Positions 50,525-60,066 of a stretch of DNA of 64,000 nt are shown here, in pieces. Below the pieces are notes generated by a model, which was given only the letters and a program-made list of their open reading frames with translations, had not been told where the DNA came from and did not search any database. Origin of the DNA: Candidatus Bipolaricaulota bacterium (lineage in GTDB: Bacteria > Patescibacteriota > Patescibacteriia > UBA11705 > DATKZF01); contig DATKZF010000002.1 of the NCBI GenBank assembly GCA_035528115.1, forward strand, positions 69,751 to 133,750, in the 5' to 3' direction. The position numbers and the translations under genes were made by a program. Each line of letters begins with the position of its first letter. The stretch's first letter is position 1.

Positions 50525-51643
50525 ATGATAAAAAAACAAAAAACATCTTATCATCGACCGGATTATATTCTGATCGGTTTGTTCGGGGCGATTTTATTGT
50601 TCGGCCTGATTATTTTAACATCCGCCAGCTCAGCGGCCGGTTTTGAAAAATTCAATGACAGCTATCATTTCATCAAACAACAGCTGTTTCACGGATTTTT
50701 GCCCGGCATTGTTTTATTGATTTTGCTCTCATTGATAAATTATCAGCGCTGGAAAAAATCCATCGGTCCGTTATTTATCGTTTCTTTAATACTGCTGCTC
50801 AGCGTTTTTCTGCCCGGAGTGGGAGTGGAATACGGCGGCGCCAAAAGTTGGATCGATCTGGGAGGATTTTCATTTCAACCTTCGGAATTGGTCAAACTGA
50901 CCTTTTTGATGTATTTGTCGATCTGGTTATCCAGAAGGAATAAAGATGATATCAAAAACTTTAAATCCGGATTTTTACCATTCATCTTCATCATCGGCAT
51001 TATCTCCATTTTAATGGCTTTGCAGCCGGATATCGGCACATTGTTTGTGATCCTGGCGTCGGCGATCATTGTCTATTTCGCCTCCGGCGCCAAGATATCT
51101 CATTTGACCACCATCGCGGCCGCCGGCGCGGGCTTAATTTTATTACTGATCAAAATCTCGCCGTATCGCAGCGCCCGACTAATGACCTTCCTTCACCCGG
51201 AACTGGATCCGCAGGGCATCGGTTATCATATCAATCAAGCGTTTTTGGCCATCGGTTCGGGAGGACTTTTCGGCCGAGGATTCGGCCATTCTCGCCAGAA
51301 ATTCCAATACCTGCCCGAAGTGACCGGCGATTCCATTTTCGCGATCGTTTGCGAAGAACTCGGCTATTTTTTCGCTCTTTTGCTGATCGGACTATTCATC
51401 GCGTTGTTTATAAGAATTTTAAAAATGGCTGACAAATGTTCGGATCCCTTCGGCCGTCTCTTGGCCATCGGCATCGGCAGTTGGTTCATCGTACAGGCGT
51501 TCGTCAATGTCGCGGCCATGGTCGGCCTGGCGCCTATGACCGGCGTTCCCCTGCCGCTCGTCAGTCACGGCGGCACGGCGTTGGCCATCAATATGGCGGC
51601 TTTTGGCATTTTGATCAATATTTCCAGGCAGACTAGAGCCTGA
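50525..51643 (+). CDS. ftsW: cell division SEDS protein
   Basis: FQPSE, QPDIG, SRQKFQYLPE..GD; follows murD. Confidence 0.93.
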   Translation: MIKKQKTSYHRPDYILIGLFGAILLFGLIILTSASSAAGFEKFNDSYHFIKQQLFHGFLPGIVLLILLSLINYQRWKKSIGPLFIVSLILLLSVFLPGVGVEYGGAKSWIDLGGFSFQPSELVKLTFLMYLSIWLSRRNKDDIKNFKSGFLPFIFIIGIISILMALQPDIGTLFVILASAIIVYFASGAKISHLTTIAAAGAGLILLLIKISPYRSARLMTFLHPELDPQGIGYHINQAFLAIGSGGLFGRGFGHSRQKFQYLPEVTGDSIFAIVCEELGYFFALLLIGLFIALFIRILKMADKCSDPFGRLLAIGIGSWFIVQAFVNVAAMVGLAPMTGVPLPLVSHGGTALAINMAAFGILINISRQTRA

Positions 51644-51732
51644 ATCATGGAGCATAGATCACATATCATGAAACATGGAACATAAAACAAAAGAGCAGAG
51701 AGACAAAGAAACATGGAAACAAGGCCGCCGCT

Positions 51733-51823
51733 GTTGTCATCTCGACCGAAGTCGTCCGAAGCTTTCTTGTCCATAGTAGTTTTAGCGCGGACATAAGCGA
51801 AGGACGACGAAGCGGAGAGATCT
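51733..51823. repeat. nested REP-like element
   Basis: GTTGTCATCTCGACCG...GGAGAGATCT, also at 53522-53602. Confidence 0.8.
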
Positions 51824-51929
51824 TTTCCTAATTTTTCGAAATAGATTTCTCCATTCCCAGTTTCTATTTTCCAATTTCCGGTTTCCGGAAATAAAAAAGC
51901 CCGCCAATTCGGCGGATCTTTTTATCAAA

Positions 51930-53105
51930 TTATTTAGGCGACATTTGCCTGAGTTTTTCAATAATACCCGGCAAAACTTTCAAAAATTGTCTGACTTCAA
52001 CTTCCGTGTTGAACCGACCGAGCGTTATTCTCAAACTGCCGTGAGACCATTCCGGTTTTATGCCCATGGCCGTGAGAACATGCGAGGAGGACAATGACCC
52101 GGAAGAACAAGCCGAGCCCGTGGAGACGGCAATGCCTTCCATGTCGAGAAGCATCAAAATGCTCTCGCCTTCCGCGCCTTTGAAACTGATATTCAAATTA
52201 TTCGGCAAACGATGTTCCAAACTGCCGTTTATTTTAGTGTCCTTTATTTTCAATATTTCTTCAGCCAGTTTGTCCTGCAAACTTTTCACTTTTTTTACGT
52301 TGGCCGCCCTGTTTTTTTCCGCCATCTCCATGGCTTTGGCCAAACCGACGTTGAGCGCCACGTTAATGGTGCCCGGTCTGAGGCCGCCTTCCTGATGGCC
52401 GCCAAAAGTGATCGGTGAAATTTTCGTGTTGTTTCTGATGAATAAAAGTCCCACGCCTTTGGGACCGAAAATTTTCTGCCCGGAAATCGTCAATAAATCG
52501 CACCCGAGGTAATTCACTTTGCAAGGCAAATAATTAAACGCTTGCGCCGCGTCCGTGTGCAAATAAATCGGCAAATCCTTGTCCGTTCTTTTTTCTCTGG
52601 CTTCGGCCACGATTTTGGCGATTTCTTCAATCGGCCACACAACGCCGATTTCATTATTGGCGTACATGATTGACACGAGCGCCGTATCCTTTTTTATTTT
52701 GGCTTTCAACTCATCCAATTTAATCATGCCTTCATGATCAACGCCGATAATATCAACTTCGCAACCTCTGTTTTTAAGTTCTTTGAATGTTTCCAAAACC
52801 GCCGGATGCTCAATGGCGCTGGTTATAAAATGAGGTTTTTTGTCTTTGAAACTTTCGTAAACGCCCAAAATAGCCAAGTTGTTGCTTTCGGTCGCGCCCG
52901 AAGTAAAAATGGCTTCCTTTGGCTGACATCCCAAAATATCGGCGATTTTTTCTCTAGCCTCGGTCAACGCGGCCTCGGCTTCCTGGCCGAAGGAATGAAT
53001 CGAGGAAGGATTGCCGAATTTTTCGGTAAAAAACGGCAGCATGGCCTCGAGCACTTGCGGATCGACCTTGGTGGTCGCCGCGTTATCGAAATAAATTCTA
53101 TTCAT
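51930..53105 (-). CDS. iscS: cysteine desulfurase
   Basis: YFDNAATT, GNPSS.H, FTSGATE, STGSACSS. Confidence 0.95.
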   Translation of the reverse strand: MNRIYFDNAATTKVDPQVLEAMLPFFTEKFGNPSSIHSFGQEAEAALTEAREKIADILGCQPKEAIFTSGATESNNLAILGVYESFKDKKPHFITSAIEHPAVLETFKELKNRGCEVDIIGVDHEGMIKLDELKAKIKKDTALVSIMYANNEIGVVWPIEEIAKIVAEAREKRTDKDLPIYLHTDAAQAFNYLPCKVNYLGCDLLTISGQKIFGPKGVGLLFIRNNTKISPITFGGHQEGGLRPGTINVALNVGLAKAMEMAEKNRAANVKKVKSLQDKLAEEILKIKDTKINGSLEHRLPNNLNISFKGAEGESILMLLDMEGIAVSTGSACSSGSLSSSHVLTAMGIKPEWSHGSLRITLGRFNTEVEVRQFLKVLPGIIEKLRQMSPK

Positions 53106-53108
53106 AAA

Positions 53109-53345
53109 TTAAACGGTTACGTTAATAACCTCAGTCACCTCTTTGATTTTTGTTTTCAAATTTTTCTCAACCAATTTTTGCAAAGTCAATGTAGCCATGG
53201 GACAATGCGCGCAATGTCCGGCCAATCTGACTTTGACTTGGCCGTTTGAGGCGTCGGCCTCGACCAATTCAATATCGCCTCCATCGGCTTGAAGATGCGG
53301 TCTTATTTCGTTGATGACTTGTTCGACTTGTTCTTTAAATTCCAT
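53109..53345 (-). CDS. NifU C-terminal domain (Nfu) protein
   Basis: IRP.LQADGGD, GHCAHCP. Confidence 0.92.
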   Translation of the reverse strand: MEFKEQVEQVINEIRPHLQADGGDIELVEADASNGQVKVRLAGHCAHCPMATLTLQKLVEKNLKTKIKEVTEVINVTV

Positions 53346-53347
53346 AT

Positions 53348-53480
53348 TACGAATAATTAATTCTATTAGGATTAAGCTTGGTTTAGGTTTATCTGTTTGC
53401 TACGAATCGCTGCCGCTGATTAGCTTGACTTGACCTTGAAAGCTACGAATAATTAAATCTATTAGGATTAAGCTTGGTTT
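53348..53480 (-). repeat. two-copy 37-bp direct repeat (period 96) abutting the nfu start
   Basis: TACGAATAATTAAWTCTATTAGGATTAAGCTTGGTTT at 53348 and 53444. Confidence 0.9.
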
Positions 53481-53521
53481 TTAATTTATGGTTTAGGCCC
53501 TATTACGAATAAACAAAAGAA

Positions 53522-53602
53522 GTTGTCATCTCGACCGCCTGCCTGCCGGCAGGCAGGAAGTCGTCCGAAGCTGAGGCGAAGGATGACGAAGTGGAGAGAT
53601 CT
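53522..53602. repeat. nested REP-like element containing CCTGCCTGCCGGCAGGCAGG
   Basis: Same ends as 51733-51823; 20-bp palindrome at 53538-53557. Confidence 0.8.
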
Positions 53603-53627
53603 CTTTTTGTAATCCTTAAAATCTCGC

Positions 53628-53996
53628 CTACTTGCCACTGACTCTATACTTGTCAATGCCATCTTTCAGCGCCTTGGTAGCCAGAATCGAACAATGATAT
53701 TTGACCGGCGGCAAATCGCCGAGTGAATCGACAATGTCTTTGTCAGTCACTTTCAAGGCGTCTTCGAGCGTTTTTCCTTTAACCAAATCTGTCATAATAG
53801 AAGACGTGGCGATCGCGGCCGCGCAGCCCAAAGTCTCGAATTTTATGTCATCGATTTTATCGTCCTTTATTTTCAAATAAATTTTCATAATATCGCCGCA
53901 ACGCATGTTCCCGGCCTCGCCAACCGCATCGGCATCGTCAATTGTGCCTTGATTATGCGGATTGGTGAAGTGCTCAAGTACTTTTTTTGAATACAT
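53628..53996 (-). CDS. iscU: Fe-S cluster scaffold protein
   Basis: YS.KVLEHF.NP.N, CGD, GCAAAIA, LPPVKYHC. Confidence 0.95.
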   Translation of the reverse strand: MYSKKVLEHFTNPHNQGTIDDADAVGEAGNMRCGDIMKIYLKIKDDKIDDIKFETLGCAAAIATSSIMTDLVKGKTLEDALKVTDKDIVDSLGDLPPVKYHCSILATKALKDGIDKYRVSGK

Positions 53997-54141
53997 ATAT
54001 TAAGTCGTTAAAATTTAAGGTATTAACAATATAACAAAAAAGGGCTTAAAAGTCAAAGATATGACCTTAAAAAATCAAAAGCTCTTCCGAAAAGATCCGG
54101 AAGAGCTGGCCCTTGAGATTTGACTCGAAGGGCTGTGTGTT

Positions 54142-55236
54142 CTAGTCGACGTCTGCCGCGGGGAATGCCCCGGACAAGAAGTTCTCGGACTCGGCCGCCT
54201 TGGCCAGGTCCTGCTCGATCAACTTCGCCCAGAGCTCGACGACCGTGAGCGGGAGCTCGAAGATGAACCGGTCGCCGCGCGCGACCATGATCTCCTCGAG
54301 CAGGCCGAGATCATCCGAATTGCCCAGCAATCCGACGGCTGTGACCGGGGTCGGGTCGCCGAAGACCGCCTTGATCTTCTCGCCGCGAATGAAGACGCCC
54401 GGAGCCACTTCGTAGCCGGGCCAGGTGTCCGTCGCCGCGGTCTGGTAGAACTGCTCGACGACCGCCCAGAAACCCTCTTCCTCGCGGAAGTACTGCTCAA
54501 CCGTCTTGAAGAAACGGCTGAGCAATCCCGGCATGAAGCGCTGGAGCAGCTGCTCCTTCGAGCAGAGCGCCTCGGACGCGGCTCCGAGCATGTGCACGTC
54601 GAGGGGGAGCAAGTGCGCGAGCTCGGGGTACTTCTCGAACACCGGCCGGAACCCGGCCGCGAGTTCGGAAGCGCTCAAGCCGAACGCCTTGTCGCCGAGC
54701 GGACCGGACTGCCGCACTTCCGTTTCCTTGAGGAAGAAGCATGGCCCGTTCAGAACCTCGAAGATGGGGTGGCCGAGCCACTCCTCCCCTGCCTTCTCGT
54801 GCAGGTAGCCGGACAGCCGAGGCAGGCCGGCCTTGATGAAGTCGGTGATCGCCGCCTCCACGCGGGCGAAGAACGCCCGCGTGCCGCCGTCGTAATGCGC
54901 TAGCAGCTGCCGGCGCCGCCACGCCTTGCGCACGTCCACTGCATGCGTTCCGCGCTCCTGCGGATCCTGCTCGCTCGAGACCTCCAGCATGCGTAGGGGA
55001 GTAGCCGCCGCCTTCTTCTCCGCCTTGGCCGCGCTGGGCGGCACGTCGATCTGGAACACCTTCGGCTCTGACTTCGGCCGAGCCTCTGGAGGAACATCGG
55101 TCTGAAAGCCGTTGCCCGCCGGTGCCGCCGCCGAGTCGAGCCGGACAGTATTCGGTCCCGGCGTGAAATGCACCGCCGGATCCACGGTCGTGCCCGGCTC
55201 CGAAAAAGAAACGCCCTTGCCCTTCTTGTCCGTCAT
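54142..55236 (-). CDS. high-GC hypothetical protein
   Basis: 364 aa, AGGAGG SD, own promoter near 55297-55326, TAG stop. Confidence 0.75.
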   Translation of the reverse strand: MTDKKGKGVSFSEPGTTVDPAVHFTPGPNTVRLDSAAAPAGNGFQTDVPPEARPKSEPKVFQIDVPPSAAKAEKKAAATPLRMLEVSSEQDPQERGTHAVDVRKAWRRRQLLAHYDGGTRAFFARVEAAITDFIKAGLPRLSGYLHEKAGEEWLGHPIFEVLNGPCFFLKETEVRQSGPLGDKAFGLSASELAAGFRPVFEKYPELAHLLPLDVHMLGAASEALCSKEQLLQRFMPGLLSRFFKTVEQYFREEEGFWAVVEQFYQTAATDTWPGYEVAPGVFIRGEKIKAVFGDPTPVTAVGLLGNSDDLGLLEEIMVARGDRFIFELPLTVVELWAKLIEQDLAKAAESENFLSGAFPAADVD

Positions 55237-55366
55237 GGTCTTCCTCCTGGTTGACGATTGATTATTCTCACAGTGATTCTCGATGAAATCGAGATATTAT
55301 AATAACAAATAACTCTTTTTTTGTCAATAATAAAAAAATGACCGAATTAAGCCACTTTTTTATCCT

Positions 55367-55483
55367 TTATAAACCTTTTACAATCATTATTTTCCGATCT
55401 CCCAATCGCATTTTACGCAGTTTTTCAGCGTCCGAGACGCTCGTTTCTTCATAAGGTCTGAAAACAACCCCATTTTCGGAATA
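55367..55483 (-). pseudogene. displaced, diverged 3'-terminal fragment of the C39 peptidase gene
   Basis: Translates YSENGVVFRPYEETSVSDAEKLRKMRLGDRKIMIVKGL*, versus YSENGIVFRPYEETETPDAEKSRKMRLGDRKMMIVKGL* at 60896-61012. Confidence 0.92.
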
Positions 55484-55562
55484 TTTCCTTGACATCTCTC
55501 AACTTTCTTATAAAATTACAACTAGGTGACCATTATTCATCTTCAGTGAAGGAGCGGTATCA

Positions 55563-55988
55563 ATGCCACTAAAATCTTTCATTTTCTACGGTTCACTCAA
55601 GGACCCAAGACGACAAATTGATATTTTGGGAAGTGCTCCGGTCGAAGTGATGGAAGGCTTTATTCACGGAGATATATATGTCGTCACGGATACAACAGAT
55701 CCGTTTGAGGTATTCGTATACCCCATTGTGATTCTCGGAGAGGAAAAACCATCTGTCCCAGCAATACTCGCCATGGTCGAGGTCTCCAACGACGGAGAAT
55801 ATAAAAAAATCATCGACAGTTTACTTAGGTTTGAAGGCGATCTCTTCCGAGTGTCAGAAGCTCCGTTCCACCGAATGGACGGATCTATTAGTTGCGGCAT
55901 CGTTTTTGTTGCTATAGAAAACGCAATTATGGATCATAGGGTACACAAACCAGATCCTCAATACATCTATAAGTTAGGGACTGGATAA
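55563..55988 (+). CDS. gamma-glutamylcyclotransferase (GGCT/AIG2-like) family protein
   Basis: N-terminal F.YGSL motif, YP, L..FEG catalytic Glu. Confidence 0.7.
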   Translation: MPLKSFIFYGSLKDPRRQIDILGSAPVEVMEGFIHGDIYVVTDTTDPFEVFVYPIVILGEEKPSVPAILAMVEVSNDGEYKKIIDSLLRFEGDLFRVSEAPFHRMDGSISCGIVFVAIENAIMDHRVHKPDPQYIYKLGTG

Positions 55989-56012
55989 AGTGCGCCAAAC
56001 AAAGACGCACTT

Positions 56013-57032
56013 TTATAATTGAAAAAAATCTTTAAGTATTGGGACAAATGAGTATTTTTTTACTCTATCAACTAATTCATGTTCTATATTTTTATTGTTA
56101 CAATCTTTTATATAATGACTAATAAGATAAATAGCTTCTTTACTAGTTGTGTAAAGAAATCTTTCTGGAAAAAAATCAGGGTAACACAAATTATTAGGTA
56201 ATACCGGGATACATCCGCATGCAACAGCCTTCATGACTGCATAACCAAAATTCTCTTGTTTTGAACAACTTAAAACAATACGTGATTGAGCAAGTGTTTG
56301 AATATGCTCAGTTGAAGATTGCTCCGCAATAAATATTATATTTTTATATCGTTGAAGCATTTTAAAATATTTATTTTTTCTCATAATATTCATGGGCTGC
56401 GGGAAAGTTACCACGAACCCAACAGCAGGCAACTTTGATACGATGCAACAAAATTGCTCAATACCTTTATCGTCATCGAGCCTATGTGGAAATATTACAT
56501 CATATTTTATTTTATGTGATAAAAGACATTTCCTAAAAGCATCCATTCCCCATGGTGAAACCTTTATCTTTTTGCAAAAATCCTGAGGACACTCTTCAGC
56601 AAGAAACCTTGATGGCACATAAATCCTATCATAAATACTAGCCCAAGCGAATTCTGTTTTTTTTAACCACGGCCAAGAATATAAATCATTCGGCAAAAAA
56701 GAACCTCCATGCAACAATGCGCCCAATCGACAAATAATTCCTTGCTGAGTATAATAATATTTCAATAGATCAATGCCGGGATTAAAAAAATCCAAAAATA
56801 AAATTCGGTCAACTTTCCCTAATGCAATAAGTTTTTCAATGAGTTTAAATTGTCCAGTAATATAATCTGAGTCATCCAATATTCCTCCTTTAATGCAATT
56901 ATCAAGTGGTTTAATATATCCAACCATCGTTGCCTTTATACCAATATGTTTAATGGATAATTTCAATCCACGCACAATATCTTCAAATGAAGTTCCTAAA
57001 TAGTAAGGTGGGATAGCGATAATATTCTTCAT
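56013..57032 (-). CDS. GT-B (GT4-like) glycosyltransferase
   Basis: HGGS, FPHRL..DKG, ENFGYAV.KAV.CGC.P..P..L.YP. Confidence 0.85.
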   Translation of the reverse strand: MKNIIAIPPYYLGTSFEDIVRGLKLSIKHIGIKATMVGYIKPLDNCIKGGILDDSDYITGQFKLIEKLIALGKVDRILFLDFFNPGIDLLKYYYTQQGIICRLGALLHGGSFLPNDLYSWPWLKKTEFAWASIYDRIYVPSRFLAEECPQDFCKKIKVSPWGMDAFRKCLLSHKIKYDVIFPHRLDDDKGIEQFCCIVSKLPAVGFVVTFPQPMNIMRKNKYFKMLQRYKNIIFIAEQSSTEHIQTLAQSRIVLSCSKQENFGYAVMKAVACGCIPVLPNNLCYPDFFPERFLYTTSKEAIYLISHYIKDCNNKNIEHELVDRVKKYSFVPILKDFFQL

Positions 57033-57040
57033 AATATATT

Positions 57041-58108
57041 CTAAGAATACCTAAGAATATCCGCGGTATTAGCTAACACGTCTTTCGTCAAAATAATATC
57101 ATGCTGTTGGACCTGCGACAATGGCACGTCCTCTCTATATTCTCCTTTTTCCTTTCTTAATTCATTCATTAATAATGTTGGAATAGTAGCCGCTGTCATC
57201 CTCACGTTGAGTTCTAAGACTGATATCTTCTGGGTCTCCGATTCAACCATGAAATCAACACCAAAAAAGCCTTCATATCCTTCAAGGAAAATATTTATTT
57301 TACTTAGCACATCACGTAACTGTCTTAAAATTATGTCATCTAAAAATTCCAATGGCAATATTTTAGATCCTACAAAATATTTATTTTCCGCGATAAGTTG
57401 TTCTGAAAATCCAAAAATAATGGTGTCTCCCGATTCTCTATATCGCACACATTGTATGCTATGAGGTATTCCTAACGCGAGAGCTTCCCAATACCATTCA
57501 TCAGAAGTCTTTGAAAAAAGATTTCTAAAATTTAAATCACATTTTATTTCCGAGCTCAAAAACACCGTATACCCCCCGGATCCAAATCTTCTTTTAAGAA
57601 AACCTGGCTTATGAATGCACTCAAAATCATCCAACTCTTTCACATTATTAATTTTCTTCCATTCCGGAGTATAACTCTTTAATACATCCTTTTGAGATAA
57701 TTTATCATTATATTTTTTAAATTCCGAATAATTGTAATTAATGGATAGTTTGTTTTCCTTAGCTAATGCATCTGCCTTAGGATGAGGTATTGATACCCAG
57801 AGAGAAGAAATTTCATTCTTAGTTATTATGTCATCTTTTACTCTCTCAAATACCGACACTCTTGGATCCATGGCTTTTCTTACCGGCAATATGTTATTAC
57901 CATGATTATATTCAATACCTCCAAAATCATCATTTACTATCACATATTGCCCATCCAATATCCATGGTAAAAGATTTTCATACTTCCACATGGCCGGGAT
58001 TTCGTATAACATAGATTCGCTGATAGCACGAAAATCTGACAGATAAAGCGTCCGTTTATTGCAAAGAAAAGGAATTTCTGATGGAATTAACTGTTTTGTT
58101 AGAATCAT
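57041..58108 (-). CDS. ATP-grasp ligase
   Basis: DK..QK, K...GSGG, WE, GFFGVDF, LELNVR. Confidence 0.85.
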   Translation of the reverse strand: MILTKQLIPSEIPFLCNKRTLYLSDFRAISESMLYEIPAMWKYENLLPWILDGQYVIVNDDFGGIEYNHGNNILPVRKAMDPRVSVFERVKDDIITKNEISSLWVSIPHPKADALAKENKLSINYNYSEFKKYNDKLSQKDVLKSYTPEWKKINNVKELDDFECIHKPGFLKRRFGSGGYTVFLSSEIKCDLNFRNLFSKTSDEWYWEALALGIPHSIQCVRYRESGDTIIFGFSEQLIAENKYFVGSKILPLEFLDDIILRQLRDVLSKINIFLEGYEGFFGVDFMVESETQKISVLELNVRMTAATIPTLLMNELRKEKGEYREDVPLSQVQQHDIILTKDVLANTADILRYS

Positions 58109-59994
58109 AAATAATGTATATAAAATTTTTTAAAGTTTATTTGTTTACCGAGCCAGTCTATATCAGGATCAATAGTCCTGAATATAAATAAATCAGAAGA
58201 TGAACTATACTCCGACGAAGACCTATCAATTGCAAGACTGTCGAGAAAACGATCAGCTCTTTTTCTCTCACTGAAATGCATTGGTAATTTATACTGACTG
58301 AAATTCCTTCTTATTTCAATCAAATACACCCCTGCGCGAGAAAGGATCTGTTGCAATTTCAACAAATTTTTCCCTATCATCGTTTGATTTAAAATAACAT
58401 AAAATTCTTTTACATTGTTATTCTTTACAAGCATCCTAAGGCCAGCAAAAATAAATGCCAAAGCACCATATATAGTATACGGCGGATCAGTAATAAATGT
58501 CTGAACTTCCGGGAAACCATCCGCCTTAATTATCTTCCTAATGTCAAATTTTATAACTTTAAATCGTGGAGAGGCCTTTTTAATAATTTTTGTTATATTA
58601 TCGTCTTTTTCTATAATAACAGGGTAAGCCCAAAATTCATTAATAAATTCTAAACTTACCAAGTCATCATCTCCTATTATGCCAAACTTTAAATATTCAG
58701 TAAAAGGGTAGCGTTCTTTAAATAAATCAAAACGTCGTTTACGTGACGCAAAATCACAAGGGAATTGATTTAAATCACAATTTGGAACAAAAGATGGATT
58801 CTCTATTAATTCAAAAAAATCTTTTTTTGTAAAATGAAAATTGAATATTTTTTTCACCTTACCGTTCTTTTCAACCTTGACTATTTCATTCTTTATTCCC
58901 ACATCAATAAGAACGCCTATATTGTCAAAATCCGCTGAACTATTCTTAATAAACTCATCAACATTATTACTGTTTTGTAAATTCCTCATTAAACAAGCAA
59001 AATCCATCTTTTCAATCATGTTATTTTTTCGCCAAGATGAAACTGTTTTCCTATCAGACAATTGTATATCTAAGGGTATCAGCCTGATATAATCCTCATA
59101 TGCTTCTTCTATTCTAAAATCATAATGAATAGGCTTTAATTTTTCTAAAACCGTCCTCCTCTGCATTGGTTTTCCAGAAAATGTGTTTATCACGTGGAAC
59201 GAAAAATATCCTCTTTCAATTAATGCTAAAAAGTATTCAACAAGATTGCTCTGTTGATTTATTCCTGCACGGTGAGACACATGAATCACTAAAAAATCAT
59301 TCATAAGCATAAAACGATATCCTAATTCATATAATCTGAACATCAAAAAATCATCTTCAAATCCATAACCCGAATAATTCGGAAATCCTCCCAGTTTTTT
59401 AAAAATATCCTTTTTGCAGAATCCGAAATTAGCGATAAATGTTGACTGCTTAATATTTTGAAAAAATGGATCACGAAACAAAGCAGGAGGAAGTCCGGCA
59501 TTATGTTTTAAAAACCCAATTTCTCCGTTCTCCATTTTATTAAGTATCTTTTTTGTATTTTTGGGAAACCATCCCTGCCTTGTCCACAATCGTTTTGCGC
59601 CGTATCCATAATCGAAATTCCTCGAAAGACAAAAAATTTTCTGAAAAGCGCTATTATCTAAAATTATTGTATCATCATCAACAAAAACAAGCAGATTGCT
59701 ACTTGCCCTCTCAGCGCCGATATTCCTTGCTTTACCATAACCATATGATTGCTTGTTATTTATAAGCGAAAAGGCTATGGGCGTTGGCCTTCTTTTGTTC
59801 AATTCACGAACCGTGTCTCGTATTAATGGGATGTTATTTTTTTTATGGTGACTATTTTCAATTAAAATTACCTCAAAATATTTAAATTTTTGTGCAAAAA
59901 TTGCAGTCAAACAATGAAGGATACAATTTCCTTTCGCTTTCCCTGGGTCACAGGAAAGGATAATACAAGAAAGTTTAATTATTTTTTTTCCCAT
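58105..59994 (-). CDS. GT2 glycosyltransferase fused to a BpsA-like aminopropyltransferase domain
   Basis: N-terminus: ARNIGA, FVDDD, GGF...GYGFED. C-terminus: NQFP, IGDDDLVSL, TDPPYT..G...F. The start may instead be 60003 or 60063. Confidence 0.8.
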   Translation of the reverse strand: MGKKIIKLSCIILSCDPGKAKGNCILHCLTAIFAQKFKYFEVILIENSHHKKNNIPLIRDTVRELNKRRPTPIAFSLINNKQSYGYGKARNIGAERASSNLLVFVDDDTIILDNSAFQKIFCLSRNFDYGYGAKRLWTRQGWFPKNTKKILNKMENGEIGFLKHNAGLPPALFRDPFFQNIKQSTFIANFGFCKKDIFKKLGGFPNYSGYGFEDDFLMFRLYELGYRFMLMNDFLVIHVSHRAGINQQSNLVEYFLALIERGYFSFHVINTFSGKPMQRRTVLEKLKPIHYDFRIEEAYEDYIRLIPLDIQLSDRKTVSSWRKNNMIEKMDFACLMRNLQNSNNVDEFIKNSSADFDNIGVLIDVGIKNEIVKVEKNGKVKKIFNFHFTKKDFFELIENPSFVPNCDLNQFPCDFASRKRRFDLFKERYPFTEYLKFGIIGDDDLVSLEFINEFWAYPVIIEKDDNITKIIKKASPRFKVIKFDIRKIIKADGFPEVQTFITDPPYTIYGALAFIFAGLRMLVKNNNVKEFYVILNQTMIGKNLLKLQQILSRAGVYLIEIRRNFSQYKLPMHFSERKRADRFLDSLAIDRSSSEYSSSSDLFIFRTIDPDIDWLGKQINFKKFYIHYL

Positions 59995-60066
59995 ACAGAT
60001 CATAACAAGCACTTTCAATACAATCCACGTAAACTCATATAATAAAGAATAGCGAACTTTCATGAA

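Noticed and set aside
252-55236. Integron cassettes as the explanation for solo high-GC genes
   Set aside because: No recognisable attC sites or intI; the genes are dispersed and carry their own promoters.
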